This document shows positions 1 to 13,068 of a stretch of DNA of 64,000 nucleotides, piece after piece. The translations under genes were made by a program, and so were the position numbers. The notes beneath the pieces were generated by a model, which worked only from the letters and a program-made list of their open reading frames with translations, made no database searches and was not told the origin of the DNA. The stretch comes from the human T2T-CHM13v2.0 reference genome, Homo sapiens. Numbering within the stretch: position 1 is the stretch's first letter; every line of letters starts with the position of its first letter. The stretch covers positions 3,936,001-4,000,000 of the forward strand of contig CP086569.2 of assembly GCA_009914755.4 (NCBI GenBank). Direction: 5' to 3'.

Positions 1-2875
1 CAAGCATTAAGGATGGTAGATAGGGTGAATTTGGCTAGAAAGGGATACAAGGGAGTTTAATGATGATGGCATAACTCAGTGTGATTATGGCTGTGGCTAC
101 ATGAAACTGCACATGTGACAAGCTTGTGTAGAATTATACGCTCACATAAACACACAAATGATTGCATGCATCATTGGTGAAATCTGAATGAGCTCTACGA
201 ATTGTACCAATGTAAATTTCCTGGTTTTGATATTGTACTATAATTATGAAAGACATTAACTTTGGGATAGATTGGTAATGGGTGCAGGGGACCTCCCTGT
301 ACATGTCTTTGAATCTTCTTTTAAATCTATATTTATTTCAAAATAAAAGAATTTAAAGGAGTGGTATGGAATGATTTATATATTATTAAGAAAATAAGCA
401 AAATGCTAAAAAAAAATCTACAGTATACTATCCTTGCTGTAAAAATGATGAAGACATGAGAAAGAAATACATGTTTTTGCTTAGGTTTGAAAAAGACATA
501 CAGAAGAGATTAACCAAAAGCTAATGAGTTTGGAAACAGAGTTGAATGAGTAGATAATGAGAACAAGTTATTGGAAAAGATGAAAAGGTTAGTAGGTATG
601 AAGAGTGAGCGGCATTACTCTCAGTGTACCGTTTTTATAGCTGTGATTATTAAAATCATAGTTATGTTTCACATACTGCCCCAAAATTAATATATAATGT
701 TCACCATTGGGAGACAATGAAAAATGGATGACAAACAATAACAAACAAAGCTACCTATATTAAAATAAATGGCATTATCATGCGGAACATGGTAGAGAAG
801 AAAATAACTATCTTAAATAATTTTGGGAAAGAGGGTTGTAACAATATATTTTAATAATAAAGGCAAAAAGAATTTACATAATTATTGAACTCTACACAGT
901 AAGTGTGTTTATCACAGGATATGGGTTAAAATTATGTTATGTTTAAACTTATAATTGAATAAATATATATACTACGAGTAACAATAGCCAGATTTCTAAC
1001 TATCGAAAAAAAAGGACTTACAAATAAGGCCAGAGGGAAAGCAAGAATAAACTCTGTATTTTAGACTGGGATCCCAGGTATCAGTATGGTTTTTAACATA
1101 GAGTCAGATGCATGCATATCAAAATGATTATAAACGTATTTATTTGTATATCAGTATACATATGTGTACTTTCTAGCTCTGTTTGCTTATGGGGCCTAGA
1201 AATAACGATGCTCTGGTAGCAATGAGCATACCTAACACTCAAATGTTAATTCTAAATATCATTATCTAACAGGAAAAAAAAGCAAGGCTCCTTGGAGAAA
1301 TGGTAATTTCAGGACTTGGGCCGGAAACCTATAAAATGAGTCTGGAAAACCTCACAAGAGAATAAGAAAGAACTCAAAAAATGATAAGGCTTATTAAAAC
1401 AACATAAAAAAGTAATAAAAGCTATAATAATAACATCAGGTTATAACCTATAGAATAAAATAAAATAAATATTCATGAGTCCAAACAGATAGAGACAAAA
1501 ATGTAATGAATAAATAAATATACGAGGGGGGATTGATAAGTCTTCCTGGAGGTAAGAATTCCAATTCGTAACTGTGGAATGAATGATGGAAATAAAACAT
1601 TATCATTAGAATACCAAAGTCATTGTTGCATACGAGAATCACCAATGGATGCTAAAATCAGTGACAGAAAGTACGGTGAGAAACAGGATATTTGCATAGT
1701 CTCAATCATTTTTCTACAATATTTGCATAGACTACAAAGATGAATGACTTTACAGGGTAGAAATCTGGCTGATATCTTTTGTAACAAAATGATTAAAGTG
1801 AATATGGCCACTAATAAGGCATATAAAAATCAATGTCCCCTGATTAGATGCACTAAGATGGGTCTATCACCTCTGTAGTGTTCTCGCAAAAGCTATGTTA
1901 CCTTAATCTAATCCTGAGTAAATATCAAACAAACCTAAATTGAGAAAATTTCCTTCAAAAAATGACCAGAATTCTTCAAAAATGCCAAGGTTATAAGTGA
2001 CAAGGAAAAACTGAAGAATTGTCACAATCCAGAAGAGGCTAAGGAGACGTGGCAACCACTGTGCAATGTGAGATAATGAATTGGATCCTGAACAGAAGAG
2101 GAATATTCATATGAACAATAGTGGAATTTGAATAATGTTTACAGATATGTTAACAGTATTGTATCAATATTATGTTCTGGTTTCTGTAATTGTACCATTA
2201 TTATATACGATGATTACATTAGGAAAAGCCAGGCGAACGTGTTTGGGAATTCTCTGTACCATTTTGGAAAATTTTCTGTAAGTCCAAAATAATTTTAAAA
2301 TTTAAAAAGTCTGAAAAAATCTAAAGACAATTTACATAACGGGAAGAAATTTTGACAAAATATATAACAAACACCATATCCATATAGAGAGATCATCTTC
2401 AACATAAGAAAGAAAAGGCACATTATCTAAAAGATGAGCAAAGGTGGATATAGGCAATTCAGAGCAGAGGAAATGCAAATAGCCAATTAGCATATAACAA
2501 GATCCTCAATCTCACTAGTAACAAAGGACTGCAAATCAAAATGATAAAGTGCAATTTTTTATCTAGCAGACTAAATACATATATAAATTAACAAGGCCAG
2601 CATTACTGAAGTTATGAGACAGTGGGAAATTTCACTATTTTTGCTGGGATTATTTAATGCCTCATCCACATTGCAGTGACATTTAACAATGCCATTCAAT
2701 ATTTTAAATGTACATACTCTGACCCAGCAATTAGACTTCTGATAAATAATTTTATACAATATGCTCATTAGTACACATTAGTTGGTTATAGGAAAAACTG
2801 GCTATAATTTGTTTTTCCAAATGTCCAGTGTTATAGAACTAGTAACATAATCAGCTGTTAAAAATGAGAAAAATG

Positions 2876-3176
2876 GGCCGGGCGCGGTGGCTCCTGCCTG
2901 TAATCCCAGTACTTTGGAAGGCCGAGGTGGGCGGATCACGAGGTCAGGAGATCAAGACCATCCTGGGTAACACGGTGAAACCTCGTCTTTACTAAAAATA
3001 GAAAAAACTAGCTGGGCTTGGTGGTGGGCACCTGTAGTCCCACCTACTCAGGAGGCTGAGGCGTGAATCCAGGAGGCGGAGCTTGCAGTGAGCCGAGAGG
3101 GCACCACTGCACTCCAGCCTCGGTGACAGAGTGAGACTCTGTCTCAAAAAAAATACATAAATTAATTAATTAATTA
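2876..3176 (+). mobile_element. Alu SINE (AluY/Sc-like), full length with A-rich tail
   Basis: Begins ggccgggcgcggtggctc. Left and right monomers are present; middle A-rich linker 'tactaaaaatagaaaaaac'. Ends gactctgtctc followed by poly-A, then a (TTAA)n-like A/T microsatellite. Flanked by a 14-15-bp direct repeat 'aaaatgagaaaa(a)tg' (2861-2875 and 3177-3190), read as the target-site duplication. Confidence 0.95.
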
Positions 3177-3295
3177 AAATGAGAAAATGTAAACCCATAT
3201 ATTTGGGCAGTGGATTATATCCATGATATTGCTGGGTAACAAAAACAAGTTTAGAGAATATTTAAAATATAAAACTATTCCTCTAAAAATACTGT

Positions 3296-3324
3296 GAGTG
3301 TATGTGTGTGTGTGCATACACACG
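3296..3324. repeat. (TG)n/(CA)n dinucleotide microsatellite
   Basis: gtgtatgtgtgtgtgtgcatacacacg. Confidence 0.9.
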
Positions 3325-4844
3325 TATAAAAGCATACTGGTAGAAACAGGGTCTGCAAGCATGCATATTTAAAAATGTTAACAGTGTTTATTCCTGTGGA
3401 GTAGAATTAGAAATGGATGAATTTCTATTTTTTGCTATGTATTTGAAAATTTTGGATTTTCAGCAAGAAGCATGTATTACTTTTGAAAAAAAATAAAAAT
3501 GTATGTATCTTATACGTCTGAATCTTGTTCTTTGAGGCTAACCAAACTGATACACTATTTGATGTAAAATCTGTGACACTGATATTAATAGATCACTATG
3601 TTTACCCACTCTAGGATTATATGTATTCTTTTACACAGTGTGACTTGATTATAACATCGGGAGTTTCAGTATACATGAAAAAAAGATTTTAAAAGAAGAT
3701 ATTTTGGGAAATGGTTAAAACTGATTATAAAGGTAGCCATTTACTCTATATTTACAAACTTCTCTGATACGATCTTCGATTCATTTTTTTTTTACTTTCC
3801 ACCTACTTCTGCAATTCTTTCTGCCACTTTTCCTTTCCCAAGCATTGACCAGATAATGAATAAAAACTTGATGTCAATTTACAAAATTTCCCACAAAATT
3901 TGATGTGAACTTGAGGTTCATTAATACTAAATGAATACTCAGTCAACTTCCAGAACCTTATGGTAATAACAATGAAATCCATTAGCTAATAGATATTGAA
4001 TGAACTACAGCTTTAATAAGATTATGTATCTGTTTATGAACATGAAACTTTTGTAACTTGAATAATTGTTGCGTTTATGAATCTCCATGTGTGACTGGGA
4101 TTGTATTAATAATTGATTTCAAATAATGTGCTACTAACTCTGAAGACTTTTAGATTTTTGCAATTTTTGTTGTTCAGATTAAACATGTTATATTCATTAA
4201 TGTTACTTTGCAACTTATTTTTACTAACTTTAATATTACACTTTTAAAAGACTATTTTAATAGTAAAGCCACTTAGTAGTAGTGTCAACTTTTAGTGGGT
4301 AGTGCCTGGAAGGAGATACATGGAGGTCTTACAGGGTTCTAATAATGTTCTGTATCTTTATATAAGTACTTGTTCACACGGATATGTGAAATTTGTGAAT
4401 ATTCATAAACAGAATGCTTATAATTGTACTAAGATAGTAAGTATGCTTTTTATACACTGATATAGAAATATTCCATGAAATTATTATATGACAGAGAAAG
4501 ATACAGAATAATGTGTATAAAAACTAAACTTACGTAAAGAAATAGAAAGCAACAAAAATACAGTATCAATGATATTATACTTGTATATGCATAAATAAAT
4601 TGTGGAAGAATACCCCAACCTAATAATACTGATGGCCTCTAGGAGAGCAACTGGATATCTGGTGATTAGGGGTTGGCAAGGAGAACTTTTAGTATGTTCT
4701 ATTTTTCATCATTTAAAATGTGAATCATGAATTTGTTACCTATTGCAAAATAACTAACATTTTAAAATAAGAAATATGAAGGCTGAAGAAACAGTAAAAT
4801 GAAAAGGTACAGGTTTATTTTATTTTGTACTGTTTACCCTTTGT

Positions 4845-4935
4845 TTGACTTCCCTTTTCCTTCTCTTTCTCTTTCTCCTTACAATCTTTCTCTTCTGTTT
4901 GCTCTTCTTTCTCTTGTCTCTCTTATCCTCTACTT
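4845..4935. repeat. CT-rich (polypyrimidine) low-complexity tract
   Basis: ttccttctctttctctttctccttacaatctttctcttctgtttgctcttctttctcttgtctctc. This tract produces the K/R-rich minus-strand ORF 4820-5149 as an artefact. Confidence 0.85.
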
Positions 4936-6649
4936 CACACAAGTTCTCAATCTTGCTGTTGTTGAAGAAAAGCAGATGTCTGGTCTTTAACATCAGATAA
5001 AATGTTGATAAAAACCCTTGCAAGTCACTATCAAGAAACAGAGGGTGTAACTTTAGACTATTAGAAGGGTGGAGGGCAATTTGCATATATATATATAGCT
5101 TCTCTAAACAACATTGACTAGTGACAACTAGTTTGACAACTGGTTTCACAAGTTCAAGCCAAACTTTTAGACATAATAGCTACAATTTCTGGTAAAAAGC
5201 TTCACATGTAAAAGTTGTGTTTTATAACAAAAACAAAGCTTCAAGATGTTCTAATTCCTTAGCCTAATTGCTCTTGTGCATATTTAAGCCAAGGGTTTCA
5301 TCAACAAATTCAATCTCAAGTCTTTAGTTTCAATTAATACTGACCCATAAAGAGTTAATTTTCATGCATTATTTATAATGGCCTTACCATGCAAACACAT
5401 AAAAATATTAGTTACATCAAGGACCAACCTCTACTAATAGTCCACTACTGTATCATGCTTTGCATTTCCAGTATTTTTTGTTTGGTTGAAGTAAGCATCC
5501 ACATAGAACAGCAATAATACTTCTGCCATTCAGTTATTGATTTTTTTTTTTTTAGATAACTTGTGAGTGCTTTCTGCTTTAATATTTTTGATCTGTAAAG
5601 TCCCAGAATTATTGTAACCTACTAGCTGATTCGTAAGAATTTGTTTGGAAAAAAATTATTATATGTTGTTGAGTGAACATATTTCAATGTTACATTTTAA
5701 AAAAAAAATACAAAATTCTAAGAAAAACATCCCTTCATATAAATATGAATGAAAAACAGGACAAGAACTCATTAACTGGGTAGTATAAAGGTCGATATGT
5801 TCTAAGTAAGTAACATTCTGCTATTTAAAGACAAAAATTACCCTGAGTTTTGCTTAAGCTATTTGAGAAGACAAGACCAAAATTCACAAATTGTAGTTTT
5901 CTTGTTTGTAGAAAAATGTGGTAGGAAATTTCTTCAGAAGATAAACCTTTGTTATTATCTCTAACATAAAAATATCATTTTTTCCTGGTTTACAATTTTG
6001 AGGAAACTTTTTCATTATAGATTTTACATGTAAATTTATGGATGTCTAATTACTATGTTTTAAAAATAAGAAATGATTAAAGCCCTAAAAACAAATTGTG
6101 GTGTTTAAGAAAACTCAAGTTAAATTAATTACACAATATCATGGACATTATTCTTTGACTTCTACTGGTCAAGATCATATTTAAAAAGATAAATACACAA
6201 ATATATATACCCCCTCCAAATGCTTTCATCAATTGACATTTTGGTGTGTTAAAATACCTCTCACCAATGTAATACACTTTAATAGATTAGTATAAATTTA
6301 TCAGATTTCAACTCATCAGGTAAAAAATATAGCCTGTTTAAGAAAATCTTAAATATATATATGGTCAAAATACCTGGTCAAATTTGAAACAGTTTTAAAA
6401 CAATAATACATAAATGTCATTTTTTATTTGTTAGCTATTTTAATAAAAATTTTAAAAAATCTTATATACCATATTCTCATCCACTCTGGTAAATGATGTG
6501 TAAATAAAAACTATGTGTAATGATTATTGTAATTTTCAGGTAAAGTGAATCAACCATTCTTTGTTTTCTAAGCTTTACTAAATTTGAAATAGGATTTATG
6601 TTTGAATAATCTCACTAGGCCATTAAGTTATAAAGAATAATACACAAAA

Positions 6650-6945
6650 CACTTTGGGAGGCTGAGGCAGGCAGATCACTTGTGCTGAGGAGTTCAAGAC
6701 CACCCTGGACATCATAGGAAGACCTTATCTCTACAAAAAATAAAAATAAAAATAAATTAGCTGGGCATAGTGGCATGCACCTGTAGTCACAGCTACTTGG
6801 CTACTCGGGAAGCTGAGGTAAGAGGATAGCTTGAGCCCAGGAGGTGGAGGTACAGTGAGCCTAGATGGCACCACTGCACTGCAGCCTAGACGACCGTGGG
6901 AGACACTGTCTCAAAAAAGAAGAGGAGTTATTAAAAAAAAAGTTG
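6650..6945 (+). mobile_element. Alu SINE, 5'-truncated older copy (AluJ/S-like) with A-rich tail
   Basis: Starts inside the left monomer at 'cactttgggaggctgaggcaggcagatcac'. Contains 'agctgggcatagtggcatgcacctgtagtc' and ends 'gcactgcagcctag...gagacactgtctcaaaaaag'. More diverged from consensus than the other Alus. Confidence 0.9.
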
Positions 6946-9638
6946 CCATTATAAATATGCTTTTTGTCAATTCTTGTACACTTTGTTCTTTATTATATTG
7001 AGGTCTGACTTTTTTCCCTTATTTTTTGTATCTAGTTTATTTTTTCTTGATGGAAAATAACATGATGCAAAAGGTGTTTTAACATGTAAAAGACATTTTA
7101 ATATAGCAGAATCAACAAGTAGCACCTTAGTGGCCTGAAAAAAAATTGATTCTTGAAGTGTATTACTCTGATAAATTTGAAATAAATATATACATAGGCT
7201 GATAATAACATTGGTAGGTTATAATATGTAATTGTTTACATGAAAAATGCAACTGAATGTCACTAATCTGTGTTTAATTATGGACCAATCCAAAACCCTT
7301 ACCTGATCCTAATGGAAAAACTCATAACTATTATATAGGTCTGGAGCTGGCCTCACAAGCATGCAACTTGTTCCCTTATACAGGCACTAGGCTTAAAAGG
7401 ATTCAGCACTTTAATGCACTTGTTGTCCGGAAATTCTGAATGATTTTTTAACAACAGACTCCACATTTTGCATTTTGTATTGGACCCCCAAACCATGTAA
7501 TCAATCATTTATATGTCCAAAGGGTCAAAGGCCATAAATCTAGACCAGAATGACTAACTAAGATTACCTACATAGCAAGCCAGGATTACACAAAAATCCA
7601 GGATAATCAAGGAAGTTCTAAAAGAAACAAAGAAGGTAAGCTAGGAGAAATGATCAGAAAAAGGATTTTAGGAATTGTAGGAGCTATCCTTTCTTGAAAA
7701 TATTAGGGTGAATTTAACCCGAAATGAATTATACTAATATTAATATATGTAAAACTGGAATCAAATTTCTTCTTATGTGTTCCAGTTTGAATTGCTGAAA
7801 TTGATACAGATCTTTAGTCACTCAAATAGAGATGCTTTAATAAGCTATGGAATGTTAAAGAAGTTTCCAGTAACATCAAATTGTTCAGCATATATTCACA
7901 CCAATGATCTTTGTGTTTGTGGGTTGTTTCTTTTGGTTGGCAACAAGTTTTGGTATATGGATCATAATAAGTTACAGCCAAGGACTTTCTTCATGTTTGA
8001 AATGCATACCTTACAATTTACAGTGGTTTTACTATGAAATGAATCAATTGATAGCTTTAAATTTGCTTTCACAAATACTGGTGGCTTTCTCAACATTGTA
8101 TTTAACATAGAAAGTTGTCCTTGTATACAAAACCAATAGAATAATTTCCAATCTATGCCATAACTAGTAAAATACATTCATATTAGAAATGAACACAATC
8201 TACTTAAACTCTGAACCTGAGTGTCCTCAGATGAAAATGATAACAATCTGTAACTCACAATGCCTAGAACAGCATGACACTTTTAAATGGTAGGTCTTGC
8301 AACTATTTCAAAATTCTATATTATTCTAGGTTGTTTGTATATGAAAAATTCCACTTTACCAATTAAAAGTTCATTTCAACCTGAAGGGTTCAAGGTTTTA
8401 CATCAAATGTAAAGCACTTTGCTTGCACCTTGTATTTATTCTTAAATACAACCCGTTGTATAAAAAATTAAATTTTAAAAAGTGTGGGGAGAAATGGAGC
8501 ATAAATAATTTTATACATTTGTTTGAAAAGTTGTCTAATGCAATCGGAAATACATGGTGTCATTTTTCAAGCTTCAAAACACATTGAAACCTGGTAAATG
8601 CTAATTTGAGAAAATAAAATTTCCAGCCTGAGTTTCAAGTTCCAATTAGAGTTGCAAAACATGAGTTCTGAATGACTGCAAAAGTAGGGCGAATATTAAT
8701 GTCAAACTTCCATCAGGATTGCTTGCATAGCATAGACTTTTATTTATTTGTAATAGCATACCAAGGAAATCACCTGAGATAGAACACAAGCAAATCTCTT
8801 TAAAGACAATGGATTTGCAAGTATATATCTAATGACTAATTTTAGTAAAGTTTTTCTAAGCTTTTCTGAGAAAAATATGAACAAAGCTGTATTAGAAAGC
8901 ATTAAAATATGTTAAATATTGCAAACAACTTAGGCCAATAAATGTAGAGAAAATATTTTTTATTAATAATAATATGAGTTGAGTGATTTTATTCAAAGCT
9001 GTGAAAAAGCTATTTTAATCGGGAAATTTAATACACCCAACATTATTTTATTCCTCTGTTACTAGATTAGTTTTTCCTTCTTTTTTTTCCTCCTTGGATC
9101 CAGGAAGAGAGTACGTATGTGCCATTCTAGCCATTAGTGAAAAAAGCATGAAGCCTATATAACCTTTCCATCAGCATTCTTCCCTTCCAAAAGAATTGCC
9201 ATCACATTTAGCCCAGATTTGCAAAATATGTAGTGATTTGTTTTCAGGCATTGTGGGTAGCTAGTTAACCTCATGTCAGGTTGTTGGAGAACTCTTCCAT
9301 CCTCTTACACTCATGCACATGTACACATACATAACATGCAAACGCACAGGGCAACTTGAAAATGAAATTATTCTATCAACAAATCTTATCTTAAATATGA
9401 ATTGCTACATCCTCGAAAGAATTTAAGACTTTCATTTAAGGTGTTGAGAATCTTCCCACATACTTCTCCACACATGGGGGAACAGAAAGAAAGTCTTTCT
9501 CATTCTGTTCTTCAGTCAGTTTTCTAGCAGGCCCTATTGTCAGTGTCCTTTGCCATACAATGGTTTGGCATGTAGTTGCTGAGGAGGAAATGAAAGATAT
9601 AGAAAGAAATAACATGGTTAAGAGTTCTGGGACTCTTC

Positions 9639-9956
<318 letters not shown>

Positions 9957-10804
9957 TCATGCTTTCGGAAAGTATTGGGAAAGTTCCCTACTGTCAAAAA
10001 TGCTAGAGTAATTTTTATTTAGCAATTCATTCACATAAATATTTCAAGAATTTTGTATAAAACTGTTGTGAAATTATCCCCGAGAAAATTAACTCTCCAA
10101 ATGGGAGGTACACATATGAATGCATAGCCAAGAAATAATGAAGTGTGTGGCTGTTTTTACTAGTTCACAAGTGCACTGAGAACACCAGTGTTATAAAACC
10201 CAAAGTTAACAGCTTCAATAGTAGAAAGGCCCAAATCCCACAACATGAATATCAATTTTTTCTTGCTAAATAAGCAAAGTTAATTGTGTAAATATTCATT
10301 ATATTTTTGAGAGAGTATTGAAGATATTTCCATAGTTTGTAAATCAACAGTGCACATGAGCCTTTTACTAATCCTGTTTCTGATATTAATATAGCCTTGG
10401 AAATGATTTTATATTTATTTTTTCATAGAATTTCTTTTTCCACCTTTTTACTATCACCTATTAGTACCATCATGCTTAAATTACAACATATAAACAGAAT
10501 ATATTTAGTTGGGTCTGCTTTTGTATTTAATGTTGTCTGATATTAAACTTTATTTCTGCTTTTCCAAATATATATTAGAAGATAATTTTCATCTGTTTGT
10601 TGCATGGTTGGTTAAATTTTTAAACAGAGGAAGACAAAAGAAGCACAATTTCTGTTTCTTAATTTGTTCTATGATTTTTAAAAATAAATATTACTGTGTA
10701 TATATAAAGTATATGACATTATGTTATGGGATACATATAGATAGTTTTAAAAGGTAACTTTAGTGAGGCAAATGACATTTCAATCATTTCACATAGTTAC
10801 CCAT

Positions 10805-11798
10805 TATCTTTTTTTTTGTTTTCGTGTCAAGAGCAGATAAAACCTACTCATTTATTATGAATCCCACATACAATACAGTTTTATCACCAGTACTCCTCAT
10901 GTTGCACATTAGATTTTAAACTTGTTAATCCTACATAATTCCTACTTTGTATCCTCTGGCCCACATCTCCCCATTTCTTCATCTCTGTGTATTTGAATTT
11001 GTTTTTAGATTTCACATATTAGTAAGATAATGAAATATTTTTCATTCTGTATCTGGCTTATTTAACTTAGAATAATGTCCTCCAGGCTCATCCATGCTGT
11101 GGCAAATGGTAATTTTTTTTTCTGTTTAAGTGTAAAATAATATTCCATTGTGTATATGTGATGCAGTTTCTTTATCCATTTATTCATTGATGAACACTTA
11201 GGTTTATTCCATACATCAGTTATTGTAAAAAAGCTGCAATAAACATGAGATTGCAGGTGTCTTTATTATGTAATGATTTTGTTTCCTTTGGATATATGCC
11301 AAGAAGAGTGATTGCTGGGTATTATGGCTATGTTTAGAAACCTCCATACTGTTTTCCATAATGGCTGTACCAATCTATATTCTCCCCAGCAATGTATGAG
11401 AATTCCCTTTTTTCCACACCCTCACCAACATTTGCTGTCTTTTGACATTTTAATAGTAGCCATCCTAATGAGTGTGAAGTGGTATCTCATAGTGATTTTG
11501 ATTTGCATTTCCCTGATAATTAATGATGTTTAGTACTTTTTAAAATGCCTGTTGGCTATTTTTATGTCTGTTTTGGGAAAATATCTATTCAGGTCTTTTC
11601 CCATTCTATAAAATTGAGTGATTTGTTTTTCCACTATTGAGTTTTATGAGTTATATGTAAATTTTGGATATTATTCCTTTATCATATATGTGGATTGCAA
11701 ATATATTTTTCCCAATCTATAGTTTTCCATGTCATTTTTTGAGTATTTCCTCTGCTATGCAGAAGGTTTTTGGTTTGATATAGTTCCATTTAGAAAAA
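10805..11798 (-). mobile_element. L1 LINE fragment: 3' end of ORF2 plus 3' UTR of an older primate L1, antisense
   Basis: Poly-T at the left end is the reverse complement of the poly-A tail. Antisense L1 hallmarks include 'aataatattccattgtgtatatgtg...tttctttatccatt' and 'gtgattttgatttgcatttccctgat'. The six-frame ORF 11312-11533 is an artefact of this antisense L1 sequence. Confidence 0.85.
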
Positions 11799-12075
11799 TA
11801 CAACCTATTAAGATTGAATCAGGGAAAAAGAGAAAACCTGAACAGACCAATAACAAATAAAGATATTGAAGAAGTAATCAAAAAAACTCTTGACAAAGAA
11901 AAGCTCAGAACCAAATGGCTTCACAGCTGAATTTTACCAAACATTCAAAGAACATTCAAGCATTCAAAGTATAATAACAGTACTACTTAAATATTCCAAA
12001 AAATAGAGCTAGAGAGCATAATTTCAAACAGATTTTAGCAGGCTAATATCACTTTGATATCCTAGCCAGACAAAG

Positions 12076-12125
<50 letters not shown>

Positions 12126-13068
12126 CTCTCTCTTTCTCTCTCACACACACACACACATAAAATTTAGGCCAATTTCTCTGAGAAACATTGATGCAAATAT
12201 TCTCAATAAAATATTACCAAACCAAATTCAACAACACATCAAAAAAATTGCATATTGTGACCAGGTGGAATTTATTCCTGGTATTCAAGAGTGGTTTAAC
12301 ATATGTAATCAATTCATGGGATATACCACGTTAACAGAATGAAAGACACAAACCACATGATCATCTCAATTGACATGAAAAAAGCATTCAATAAAGTCCA
12401 CCACTCTATTGTTAAAAACTCTGAACAATTTAAGTATAGAAGAAACTTCTTCAATAAAATAAAAGCCAATTATGAAAACACACAGATAATATTCTAACTA
12501 ATGGAGAAAAACCTGAAGTCTTCTCCATTATGATTCAGTACAAAGCAAGAATGCCAACTGTCATTACTTCTATTCAACATAATACTGGAAGTACTAGCAA
12601 GAACAATCACATGAGAAAAAGACAGAAAAGGCATCAAAACTGAAAAGAAAGAAGCAAAATTATCTCTTTTTGCAGATGGCATAATTTTATATATAAAAAA
12701 TGAAAAACAAATCACATAAAAATTCTTAGAACTAATAACAAATGTTACAGTGTTGCAAGATACAAAATCATATAAAAATCAGTAGCATTTTAATAAATAC
12801 ATAATAATCTAACTGAAAAATAAGTCAAGAAAACAATCTCATTTATGATAGCATATGAAAAAAAATACCTAGGAATAAATTCAATCCAAGAGGTAAAAGA
12901 TCTCTAGATTGAAAACCTCAAAGCACTGATGAAAAAATTCAAGACACAAATAAATGGAAATATATTCCATGTTCATGCACTGGAAGAATTAGCATTTTAA
13001 AAATGTCTATATTACTCAAAACTATATGCAGAAACAATGCAATACCTACTAAAATCCCACTGACATCC
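11798..13068 (+). mobile_element. L1 LINE ORF2 fragment (old L1M/L1PB-like), 5' part of a copy interrupted by the MaLR at 13069
   Basis: Matches the L1 ORF2 sense strand: 'gaacagaccaataac...aaaagctcagaaccaaatggcttcacagctgaattttaccaaacattcaaag' (EN/RT linker region) and 'ctattcaacataatactggaagtactagcaagaacaatc'. Ends at 'ttcaatccaa...aatcccac'. Confidence 0.85.
12082..12156. repeat. Compound microsatellite (CA)n(TC)n(CA)n inside the L1
   Basis: About 20 x CA, then 'tctctctctctttctctctc', then 7 x CA. Confidence 0.95.

Noticed and set aside
4820-5149. 109-aa minus-strand ORF with a very basic K/R-rich tail (RKKSKQKRKIVRRKRKRRKREVKQ).
   Set aside because: It is the translation of the complementary strand of a CT-rich low-complexity tract (4845-4935). 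There is no start or stop context of a real gene and no homology, so it is a composition artefact.
7777-8177. Three overlapping ORFs of 68-86 aa on both strands in unique AT-rich sequence.
   Set aside because: They overlap one another in different frames and strands and have low-complexity hydrophobic translations. This is the pattern expected by chance in AT-rich DNA with few stop-codon-forming combinations.
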